The notes under the pieces were generated by a model, which was given only the letters and a program-made list of their open reading frames with translations, was not told the DNA's origin and searched no databases. From Hydrolagus colliei (lineage: Eukaryota): a stretch of 64,000 nucleotides of DNA. Positions within the stretch are counted from its first letter, which is position 1; every line of letters starts with the position of its first letter. The DNA lies in NCBI GenBank assembly GCA_035084275.1, contig CM068756.1, positions 1,178,001-1,242,000 on the forward strand, in the 5' to 3' direction. Shown here in pieces: positions 52,738 to 64,000 of this stretch. The translations under genes and the position numbers were made by a program.

Positions 52738-53097
52738 AGATTTCTTTTCTAAACATTCTGAATGTGAGATATTCTAAAAAGTGAGTGGGCACCTCCCCAA
52801 AGGTCAGGGAGAATCTGTGCTCGTGAATCTTTCAACATTAGTTGTGGATGCAATGGAGCAGGTCATTCACTTGGGGCTCTCAACCTATGAATCGCCTTGG
52901 GTAATTAAAATCCAATAAATAGCTTGTATTTTAACAGAGCTATCTTGGCGGTCATTATACTATTGTACATGTTGCTTTTATAAAGGGTCTCAACCTGTCC
53001 ACCTCTCAAACGGGGAACAAACATATAAATATAGTTCTGCTCTTTAATCACTTTCCATGGCAGTAAATTTTGGCAGGCAATTAAATGTTCTTTTTTG

Positions 53098-53330
53098 TGT
53101 GCCAGTCTGGCTCAGTTGGTAGCACTCTCCAAGGTTGTGGCTTCAAGCCCCATGTAATACAGCTGTAGTTGTGGAGCTAGGTGGGGAGGGGGTGGGGGAG
53201 GGTTAGAAGGGGTACTGTCTTCTTGATGCAAATCTGAACCAAAGTCCATGTCTGTCTATGGAGGTAGACATTAGGGATCCATCAACACCATATGAAAAGG
53301 AAAGGGAATTAGTTCCACTATCATACCCAA
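53098..53330 (+). mobile_element. Old tRNA-headed DeuSINE, 5' part
   Basis: tggctcagttggtagcactctc...ggttgtggcttcaagcccc head, then degenerate Deu domain (ctgtcttc..gatg...aaccaaagtcc...ggatccat). Confidence 0.65.
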
Positions 53331-53676
53331 CAGTACTCTAAATTAATCATCTATTTATGCGATGGCTCTTTGTTGGACCTGACATAAGTGTACTGTACAC
53401 CTACAAAATCAGTCAGTGAACAATTTTTACACAGCTTTCTATCATCTAACCTGACTGGCACGTCAATTAAACATACAACTCTGCAGTCCCACCAGAATCT
53501 CTGAAATCCATCGTAGGTCAGGTCACTGCACTCAGGAAACTGATTGAAACAACCCCAAAGAGCAAATTAAAAGCAGACATAGTCATATCAGAAGGTGTTC
53601 ATTAGGTAGCTTATTTTTAAGTTGCAAACAAAAGAAAAATGTACCTGACAGCAGCTCTTTCATATGCATCTCACTT

Positions 53677-53770
53677 ATAATAATAATCCTTGCATTTGAT
53701 ATAGTGCTTTTCAGGTCTTCTGGACGTCTCAAAATATACTGTAAAGTGAGTTGTCTGTACATTTGTGGGC
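53677..53770 (-). mobile_element. SINE 3' fragment
   Basis: ataataataatccttgcatttgatatagtgcttttca...ggacgtctcaaa...tttgtgggc. Confidence 0.85.
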
Positions 53771-56700
53771 TCCTTTAACAATTACTGGGTAATAGACATG
53801 GGAGAACAACTTTCACTTGAGCGCATGGTGTAGTTTTCTTTAAACAGTGTATTATAGCCACATACTATTTGCAGTTTTAACATCTTGTGATTGGGAATGG
53901 GTACATTTTTATTTTCCAAGATCTAAGGTTCCTGACTTGGAACAGTGCCATGTCTGACAAACTAATGAAGCTCCTTCTGAAGAATAGTCAAGCATCTCCT
54001 GTGAGGAGTTGTGAGGATCTAAGGTTCTAATGCATCGGGATTAGTCATCAAAACGCCGACACCGAGCCACGTATCCGTGCAGCACGGAATCTTTGGGGCT
54101 GTGACTACGTTGTGCTTTGGAACGAGGTACATTTGCTCACGCCAGGTTCATTGATTCCACTGGGGGGTTATACTGCAATATCTTACAAGGCTACAATCGT
54201 TGTTTGATGGTGTAAAATAAAATCTACGCTTAAATGTTGTGCTACCCTTGTTCTTCAGTCTTTTGGGCTGATATTGATACGTCTCTGAGAAAGTAACAGA
54301 AGTGCAGCGCTTTCCTGTATGAATTCCTAAAGATGACTCACCTTGATCCTGTTCTTTTTAAAAGGGTCTTTGAAATATTATTTTGATAATCAAGTTTGTC
54401 TTTGTGTTTGGGCCTAAGTCAGCCCATGTGGCCCAGCCATGGTTGGCAAATGATTCTCAGCATATTATATCCACACAAAAACTATTTGGAAGCAGGATCA
54501 TTTTCGGTTCCACGGGTTGCTGATGGAAATCAATAGAAATCAAAGGCTGGTGAAATGATCTCAACTGACCAAACCCTCCCAAACAGAAGGGAGAGTGATC
54601 AAGAACGAGACTTGGTAAAAAAAACGTGCTCAAGAATGGCCCGTTTCAAGTCATTTACTCGCGTCCATTACTTGTGATGTCGATCAGCGCAGCTCACCAC
54701 CCACTTTACATGGCTCCAACCGGGTTGCCATGTGGTTGGTGTCTTCCCAGGCCCACTACTTTACAATGGGAATGCCGCCAAATGGCATTTGTAGTAGTAA
54801 ACGAGTTCAGAAGAAAGTGCGCTTATCAAGAGCTGATCTTCAAAGGGTTCCACTGTAATTAGGAACCACATTTGATTAGTGGTGAACCATGTGGGCATAA
54901 TAAGTACCACAGACTCCAGTCTGACAGCAGCCAATGGTACCAGACACACCCACATGATTGATGGGCAGTTCAGTGGTAAACAAATACAACAAAATTTACA
55001 TTGATATAGCTCAGTGGATCAGCGGAATGGGAAGCTCATTTGTTTTTTACAATTAAAGCTTTCTTGGGACATACTTCAGAAGAAAGCACTTTGTTTTAAA
55101 AAAAACAGGAGCCCTGTCCTGTTAAAGGGACCCTGTTATCCAGGATATTGTCTGAAACACTCCGAAAAAAAAGGCGTTTTGCTGCGATTCAAAAATGCCG
55201 AACATTTAAATTAATTTAAAAACCGACTAGCTAGTCATGAAAGTTACGCATTTGCACTGTTGCGATATTGGCATCTGCTGTAACGCAGATCTTTGCCAGG
55301 GTCTGACATGTTATAAGAGTCAACTCAATTCATGGCCTTTCCAGGGTCTCAGCCCATTCAAAAAAAAATTCTCCTCCAATATGGCAACAATCCTCTTTTA
55401 ACATCAAGGGAAGTTTTCCAGAGCTGCCCTTTTTGGTAAGTAATTGCAACCATTTTGTATAAGAAGTAGAGAAATGATAAAGCAAGAAATTGCTTCACTG
55501 TGTATTTCGTAATTGCCATCATGTTGAAATAATTATGGTAAATGCATTGTCGAACAGACATTTTAAATAGTCCTGACATGAACAGGATCTCAAATAAAAC
55601 GTTGGTTGGAGCCTGTAAAGCCTCCTCGCCAGGTGCATTGCACATTAGCTGAGGAAGGGGAGGACAAGGTACCTGGCTGTCAATAATCGCAGGGAAAAAT
55701 ATCATTTGCTTGCACTATTTTCTCCAGCTGATTGATGCACATGGACATTCGAGGCGTCTTCACCTGACACTATCGCACTTGTTCCCTATGAACAGCAAGA
55801 GGTTAAAGAAATGGTCACGGTCTGAACAGAACTGAACAGCATAGTATACAATTGCACAGGTAGGGCTTTATTCTAATCCCAGTAATATCCTTGGTTTCAT
55901 GGAAAGCCAAAGCCTGGAATTTCTCTTCAATCTCACGTCAAGGACCAACTAAACAGATTAAGGGTTGTCCTGCACAGGATTTTCTTAATGGCAGAGACTC
56001 ACGGAGATGACCTATTTTCTGTGCTGCAAGTATCTATGGTTCTATTAAAGCATCCAGTAGGACGGTCAGAGGAATTTCCTCTCCATCGCTGCTGCTGCAC
56101 AAGTTCTCCAGGTCTTTTCAGCTTTCTGTACCTCTCTTGGTCAACTCATGAGACATCCGTCCTTGTCACAGTTGCCTCTGGCTATTGTCACACTGCCTGA
56201 TACACGAGCAAAAAAACCCTATCCAGCCCATCATTGCACACATCTTGTTTACCCTTTTAGCAAATCATTGAAATTCTCTCCTCTTTGGAACCACAGAAAT
56301 CCTGACCAGCAATCCACCAAAATAAAATTGTTCATCATCTTCGCCGTGGTTTGTGGGTTAATGCCATGTGTAAATTAGCTGTCGACAGTTGCAGTCACTG
56401 CAATCTATTATTATAGGATATTGTACCAACATATTATACCAAAGAATCAATGTATTTGTACGTGTACATAATGAGGGAAAGCCTTATTTGAATCGGGAAA
56501 CTGCCACCTGCTGTGTTTTTTTGGCAGTGACATAATTGTCGGTCAAAGCCCTATTCTAGATGACTTAAAAAAAACTGTTTTGCACTTCAATGGGGGGAAT
56601 ATTCTTTATTTTTCCAGGTAGTTTTGTAACCAGCTACAGTATTTTGGTTTAGGCTTTTAGCTTTTGAATCCCTAATTCTTGTTTTCCTTCATGTAATTCT

Positions 56701-56954
56701 TTTAACACAAGTATCATGCTCTCGGGCCCTAGAGAACATGGCTTGCTGCCACAGTGGGTTTTTGCACACCATTTTGCTTCTGTTATTGTTCTTGAGCCAT
56801 TAACAAAGTCCAATTCTTTCATTTCCTGCTAACTGTTTGAATTGCATGATTACATCTAACAAAGTTAATCAAATCCCAGCTTACATCTTAGGGCATCAAC
56901 TAGAAGTTAAAAGAAGTTATTTTGACCCTACAAAGGTCACTGCTGAGGCCACAT

Positions 56955-57100
56955 TGGGCATCCTACATCAAAAGGACATTGAAGCTTTGGAGAGGGTTCA
57001 GAGAATAAGGATGAGCTCTGTTTATGAGGAAAGGTTCATAGACCGGAACTTGGGGATGATCCAGGTCTCTAACATGCTGAGAGGCAGGAATGACGTAAAA
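56955..57100 (+). mobile_element. CR1 ORF2 fragment
   Basis: ORF 56837-57172 contains HQKDIEALERVQR...YEER...MIQVSNMLRG, typical of the CR1 ORF2 C-terminal region with deletions. Confidence 0.8.
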
Positions 57101-57559
57101 ATAAGTACAGTAGGAGATTTCACTCACACTGCAAGAGTGAAACGAGAGAACACAGATTTAAATATGATTTGATACATATCTACCACTTACAGTAATTCTG
57201 TAAGTTGCTTAAAGTTGCACGAGTCTAAAAGGGCTACTATTTCATACGGTATTTTCTACATGAAAGCTCAAATAATCGGATATCCTTCATGTATAAATAA
57301 CTGATTTGCACAAGGATTTGCACTTTCCATACATTCCCGCCCTTTACATTTACATTGCATGCCAATTAGTTGGGGACGTAACCAGTACAAGTTAACATGA
57401 GAACTTTGGAATGTGTCACTCTGCAATCAATGGAGCAATAAACTCAACTGAGAATTACACTATTTTAGTGTTTTTGGTGTGTTGAACTCAGTCCTAATTT
57501 CTAATTTCAGTGTTGAACTCAGTGCTAATTTCAGTGCTTTCATTTGTAGACATTATATT

Positions 57560-57873
57560 TGTGGAATCCTGAAGCTCAGTGGTTAGAGCATTCATTCACC
57601 TTACAAGCAAGAGAGTTGGTTTTAATTCTACGCAGGTCGAAACCTTGCAAAAGTTTCCTTACTCCGCATGCCATAATTCCTCAAAAAAAACGTAATAAAT
57701 TGGCCATCTCAAACCACAACCGTGTGAGGGACACTGCTGTGCACAATTGGCTCCCACGTCTTGCCAACAAAATATACAATCAACCCACTTTACAGTATAT
57801 TTTATGAAGCACTTTGAGACGTCTAGAAGACGTGAAAATCATTGTATCAAATGCAAGGATTATTATTATTGTT
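57560..57873 (+). mobile_element. Full-length tRNA-derived Deu-domain SINE
   Basis: gtggaatcctgaagctcagtggttagagca...gggacactgctgtgcacaattggct...tcaaatgcaaggattattattatt. Confidence 0.92.
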
Positions 57874-58485
57874 ATTTCATTCTTTCAGAAACATTAATTC
57901 CCAAGTACTGTATTTAAAACAGATTATTTAAATGACAATCCCATTTAAACATATAGAAATCATAGGACTCAACAGACACAATTAAGCGGCAGTCATGGAA
58001 CAGGATTTTGCTGCAATTTTGAGATGTTTGCAGGATAATAACAGGTCCTTTTGGGCTACAGTTAGGAGCCAGTGAAAAAACAAGTCCCACAGATGTCAAG
58101 AGATGAAAGGAGGAAGATGATTGTTAAAAGAGAAGAGGTTCTAGGTCAATTGAAAGATGATTTAAACAGCTTTTAAACATGGACAATGGAAATAACAGGT
58201 TTGACATCTGGATTCTATGAACGATACAGTACAGGAATCAGTTTGAAGTTATATCTATACCTGGAGTGAGGCTCACCTTAATTCATGACAGATATGGTTT
58301 GCAAGTAAAATATGCAGTTCAGTCTCACATATGGAACTTTGTATGCCAGTCACTACAGTACTATCAAAGATGAATGTTTAAAAAAAAGATTTGCATGATT
58401 TTACTTACATTCTTGTTCAGAGTCAGTTTTCAGGAACCCATACTCCGAGATGTGATGTTGGCAAATATAAACAACGCATCAGTAT

Positions 58486-58833
58486 ACAACCCAAACCATT
58501 TACATAGCTCCTTTCACATCAGGAGGGCATCTTAAAGCGTTTCACCACAGATGACGGGGTGTCCCAACTGGGGGAAGGGTGAAAGGTGGGGAAAAGTTGA
58601 AAAGATATGTCAAAAGGTGGGTTTCGCAGGCGGGGGGACTCTAGGATAGTGTTTCAGAGATCAGGAAATGAATGGCTGAAAGCTCGCCCACCCATGGTGG
58701 ATGGGTCAGTTAGGAACATTAAGCAGGCTGGTGTTTGCTGCAGGGTTGGGCTCCAGAGGCCATGGAGTTATTTGAATACTAGGATGAGGATCTTGAATCC
58801 AATGCCCTGGAGGAAGGGGAGCCAGTGGGTGAG
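58486..58833 (-). mobile_element. L2 LINE 3' fragment
   Basis: Tail catttacatagctcctttcacatcaggagg. Upstream ORF2-end motifs in reverse: ggggagccagtg (HWLP), gaggatcttgaa (FKIL), ggctgaaagctcgcccacc (GGRAFS). Confidence 0.85.
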
Positions 58834-60073
58834 ACATGTGCAAAGGTAACAGGTTGCTATCACGCAATTTGTTTTTCAATTATAACAGCAGTTATGTGAA
58901 TACGGACATTACCAATGCAGAGACGAAGTTTTGCGCAAGAGCCTATTCACGTAAGTGGTGGAGGGTTGGGAGTAGACTCTGGCTGTGTAGGAGCTGGAGT
59001 CCAGCTTGTAACACCACATGCCTTCATTGTGTGGGTAGTGAGATTTTGCTTTCTTTTTGCTTGCAGGCTGAAGTCATTGTAGACAGGTTTCCAAGTCAAA
59101 TCGGTCCCAGGTGGGATATATTATTTGAACTGCTTGATTGCAACAAAATCTTGAAACTCAGTAACTAACCAGTATAGTATGAAGAGCCCACTAATTCTGC
59201 CAAATGGCAGTGTGTATTAATGCTCGGATTAGGAATTGGATACCCTCATAATCTGGGGTCAGCCATAGTTGCACATTATTACTCTTGCTACCTGTGAGTT
59301 GATAAAATAATCGGATGCTATGCATTTCAAAAGCAACTCTTTATCAACAATTTATCTCATGCAGTCAATATGAAACGTGCTGCAAAGAATGGCTAGCGGT
59401 GAATGGTTCTGCAGGCGGTGGATCTAAACGAACAACTCTTTCTTAGTGAATTCTGCTTCAGGTTCTCATCTCTATCCAACCAGCTCTGGATCTGCACGTT
59501 GTTATTATTTTTGAAAGATTAGCTTTCGCAGGTTAGAGGAGCAAGGAGCTCTCAGACCACAAGCTCCCAGAAGAGCAAACATACCATACCTGTAAGCAAT
59601 TACTGTTATGGATAGAAACCCATGGGGATAGAGCTCTTTTCGGAGGGCAGAGATGTGACTTAATATTAACTCTGAACTTTATAATTTCAGAACAAAGTGA
59701 TGGAGAGATAATAGGATATTGGAAATGTTCTCCACGCAAACTAAATACCTTTTGCAATTTGAATTTGTGAGTTAGGAGCAATTTGTTCTTTTGTGAAATG
59801 TTACTTGAAGCTTGAAAGTAAATCCAGATGGGGGTGAATCCAATGTTATCCTGGAAGATCTGTTAAAGTGAATCTCATTGCACTGGGAATGTCCCACTAG
59901 CGTTCTCATGGGAGCAAAGAACATCAAACTAAAGCTCATCAGGCGAGGAACAATGAGTGCACCCATTAACCAATAGCTTAACCCAATCCACTATAAATTC
60001 ATTGGGACTCTGGAAAGAAGGACGAAAAGTGGATCAATGGCTTGTTCTGTTCACATTCAGCACGTTTCAGGAC

Positions 60074-60250
60074 ATAATAATAATCCTTGCATTTGATATA
60101 GAGCTTTTCACATCTTATCGACGTCCCAAAGCGCTTCACAGAATATACTGTAAAGTGAATTGACTGTACACTTGTGGGCGAATCACGGTATCCAATTGCA
60201 CACAGCAGTGTCCCACAAACAGTCGTGGATTGAAATGACCAATTGTATTA
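60074..60250 (-). mobile_element. Deu-domain SINE, 3' half
   Basis: ataataataatccttgcatttgatatag...cagcagtgtcccacaaacagtcgtggattgaaatgaccaat. Confidence 0.92.
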
Positions 60251-63200
60251 TTGTGTTTTTTTTGGACAGATAAAGGAGATGTGGAGATGGCAGCTACTTT
60301 TATGTACATACATTTACATACGTATTTAGCTTGAAAAGAATGAACGATAATGTATTTATTTACCCTCACAGGGTACAGAGATTAGGATACACGACCTTCA
60401 ATTCGTTTTTACTGGAGTTGCTTCTATGAACTGACCTGGACAATAGCGCAGAAAGCGGTTGGTAGAGAGGTTGACGAGAATTGAAATGCTACTTAGTACT
60501 GTACTAATAAATAAGGAGGGTGAAGGAGCAATCAATATCATTCAAAATGTAGGGTTCAAGGCTATAGCTGCAAGTTGACCCACCTTTAAGCAGCTGAACT
60601 TCTTGTACTCTCCAGTCTTATGTAACAGTGGATCTGTCAGCAAAGGGTGTTGGGAACCCTTCTTAATTTATTGACAGCCTTTCTCCTATCATTATATGAA
60701 ATTGGTAATGCAGAAAATATATGCCTGTAGCACTGTCTGCTTGCCTAAGGTTATTTTAATCCTTGGCACATCACTAATATGCTCTCACCCTCCCTTGGCA
60801 CCGGGAGAACATGCCAAGAGTTGTCAAAACACTTTCACAATTACTGATAGGTCCGGAGAAAGTGTTATTCCAAATGAGCAAATGGATTCTCAGTTCTAAA
60901 CGTTTCATCAACCCACCCCCCCACACTCCCAAAAAGTATGATAAGGTTACAAGAGAAGTGCACAGTGCAAGTTTACACAATTACAAAAAAAAAGATTCTA
61001 TTGGATTTTAGTTCATTTTGCTTACTGCCCGATTGCTCATCAAGACTGTAAAAGTTGAATTTGGAAAGCAATCCAGACTAACGTCTGGAAATAGCACAAA
61101 TGAGAAGTTAATGGCAATCGTATGGTCAGAGCAGGCAGAAGCAATGGTGAAATAGGATTAGTACTAAGTAGTATACTAAACCTAGCTACGGCAAACTGCA
61201 AAAAAAAAATGCAGCTTCTTTTGCTTCAGGCATGTGAAACATTTACCCAATTCTTAATTACCAAACTGAATCATGAAGCTAATACAGATCATGAGGAGCC
61301 TTGCACGGAGACATATCTACTGTAAAATGGGCATCATATGAAAGGGGCAAAAATATGGTGGAAACAGTGGATGAAATAGCAAACTCTTATGCAATAATAT
61401 GTGTGTGCAGTTCAGTGAGAGAATAAGGAAATCTCAGACAACTGATAGACATTCTAGATTTGTTCTTCAAACGACTGCACTAGTCAAATCTTCACTGAAA
61501 TATCCTTTGAATTACACTGCTACTATTAAACCACATCTTACCATATTGTGATCAACATGCCAGTGCCACCGACTCCTTTCAGCATTGAGGCAGTTACATT
61601 CACTCAAAAGAGGTTTGAGTTGGTGAGAAGATAACAGTAATACAACCTTCACCATCCTTTGATTTCCCTTGGCCACAGCCAAGGCGACAGTTGTAGATTT
61701 TCTATTTGTGTGAGACACAGAGAGATTTTGAGCGAGTGAATCAATTAGGCACCCAGATGCACCTTGTGATACCCGTCCCCCTTCAGTGTGCCAGAAGCCA
61801 TAAGGATACATGGGCTCCATAATTTTCCAGACACTAAATTCGTGATCAGACTGAAACCAACAACTGGGAGGAAAGAATTACATTTACATCCTATGATGCG
61901 GGGTAAGTACGTCTGTCTGTAGGTGTGTATGTGGAAGTGGTGTGTATGTGTGTGTGTGTGGGGGGGGGTGGGGGGGGGGGGGGTGCAGAACTGAAGGAAG
62001 GTAAAAAGAAACTTCAAAAGTTGTCAAACACGGTGCCCCCCCCATGTATGTGACTTTGTGGAGGTGGCGTATGCACTGTGAGAAATGTAATATTGGACAG
62101 AGGTAGCCTTGGGTTCTAAGCACCAGTTATGTTATTGGAATTAAGACTGTAACATTGTCATACCAGAGTGGTAGTTCAGGAAACCTGTTTAAACTGTGCC
62201 CAAGGCAGTAATACGTTAGTCTCAGCTTTTTTAAAACTGTCAACTTATACGTTAATGTTAATGTAATCCACGTTCGATCATTATCAATGCCTCAGTTGTG
62301 GTTATTTTGGAGGGGACAGACTGGAGCCAGTATTAATCTGGCAATAACACATTTGGAGATAGTGAAACTCACATCCAGATTCCAAAAAGGCATTATTGAT
62401 GGAAGCGTTTGTTCTTTGCCAATCAGATGCAATCTTTATTAATATCAGAAGCTTAATTATGCAAGAATATAGATTAGATTTTAAAATATCCACTGAAGTG
62501 AAGGAACCTATTGTTCTGATTTGAGTCAGTCAGGCTTCCTGAACATGGCTGCCATGACCAGGCCTTCAAAGCAACAATCTTTTAACCATGCATAGCCCTG
62601 ACAGCTTTCCAATCTAAGAGTATCTTTATAACTCTCTCCTCGATTCTGCCCCACCTCAGTTGATTTACCAGCTAACACTATGACTTGGCTGAGTACATTT
62701 TCTCTTCAGATCAATTCCTCTCTCCACTACACAAACGTTGCTTTTTCTATGGCCATCTTATCCTCTACCTGTGATCTCCCTCCTCCACTCTCATCGTTTA
62801 ATATGTTTATATCTTGTATCTTTTAATAAACATCTATTGTCACTTTATTTTTGAGGTTTACTATGCGGTTACTGTGGGTAAAAACTGCTGACGTACTAGG
62901 TCGTTTATAATATGAATATTGCGATGTTTTGAGTTCTTTATTCACCCCATGAATTCCAATACAATGCATACTTCTTTCCCACAGATCTCCTTTGTGAAAG
63001 GTTCTGTTTATTTTGAAGACTCTTCTCACTTAATTCAGTGATCACTGCACTCGACTACATCAGAAGTTAGGAATGAAAGGGACCAAAGGCACTGTAGTTT
63101 GACTCAAGATTATAGGATGTTTTAAGCATGTAATTTTGTCATGGACATGGTGAATCTCATAAAACTGAGAACACTGTGATTTTCCACTTTGCTGCAAGTT

Positions 63201-64000
63201 TGTTTTCTTCTTCAAATGGTATTTAAAGTCTTGAAAAGCTACCTTGTCTGAGAGAGAGGCAGTGAGATGATGTTGCCTTCAATTTTAAGATGTTGCAGAA
63301 TTGTGGAAGAAAAACTGTAGAGAAGCCTTAATTGTTTGCTGTCCTTAAGAAAAAGGCTTCCAAATCAAGGCTGAATTTAAGAAATTTGCACATGCCTGTG
63401 TGACCTTAAATTATAAGACTAAATGATCTTTCATCTTAAGTCTGGGCAGAAATATCATGCTTTGGATGTTCAACTGTAGAGGTCACAGCTTGTCTGAAAT
63501 AAATAATACAGTTGAGAATTTCAGGTCAGCATGGTGTAAAAAACCCACAAAAAAAAGCAAAACTGTGTTCTTGTTCAAAAAACGTTTAAACTGCTTGACT
63601 GCAAGAAATCCCAGTATTTGCAAAAGAGTTTGGTGCCCTGCACTTTATTCAGGGTCTACAAGATTGTTAACGGTGTGAGCAGCAGAAGATTGCTTTTAAA
63701 TAGGGACTGTACCACACCATGAATTTTAACAATTTGTTGCCATGGCTCTGAAATTAATCAGAAAATCCAGTGGCAAAATTACACCATCCATCACATATAT
63801 GCTCTTTTCCTCTGTTACCAGGATGTGCAGCTTTCTGGTTCTCGATTATTCCCACTCTTACACAATTAATTCCCATATAGCCACGTACATTTGTTTCTTG
63901 TTACTGGTCGCCAAGTCAGGTGAACTATTCACTAAACCCTTTCCTTCCACCATCACGTCACTCAATCGGAATGAAATCCGTTCAGCCCTTCTGTTTTCTT

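Noticed and set aside
54845-54857. Tigger/Tc1-like end (minus strand TACAGTGGAACCC)
   Set aside because: No matching opposite TIR was found.
56501-56515. CTCF-like motif ctgccacctgctgtg
   Set aside because: Single imperfect match with no supporting evidence.
58888-58950. Short plus-strand exon candidate ending CAC|GTAAGT
   Set aside because: No recognisable peptide; isolated splice-like signals are expected by chance.

Overview
This window is non-coding vertebrate genomic DNA, either a gene desert or the interior of a very large intron. It is not prokaryotic. The repeat content points to a cartilaginous fish, most likely a holocephalan (Callorhinchus/chimaera type). That content is a tRNA-headed, Deu-domain SINE with an L2-type tail ending GGA(TTA)n, shark-type CR1 3' ends, L2 fragments and long C/G homopolymers; the organism call is inference. 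I found no intact protein-coding gene, rRNA, tRNA gene, known miRNA or CRISPR array. The long ORFs at 47.9-49.0 kb are artefacts of a minisatellite. About 40 transposon relics are visible. The notable structures are: (1) a TSD-bounded ~250-bp fold-back Penelope-type insert with decayed hammerhead-ribozyme motifs on both strands (31.5-31.8 kb); (2) a young, complete non-autonomous hAT element with an internal C-rich minisatellite and NRF1/YY1 motifs (47831-49023); (3) three inverted arrangements of very short L2 3' tails; (4) a perfect 34-bp palindrome; (5) nested insertions; and (6) several repeat-free, enhancer-like blocks. I see no convincing new multi-gene system. Family names come from recalled consensus sequences, not a database search. 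Coordinates of old repeats are approximate.
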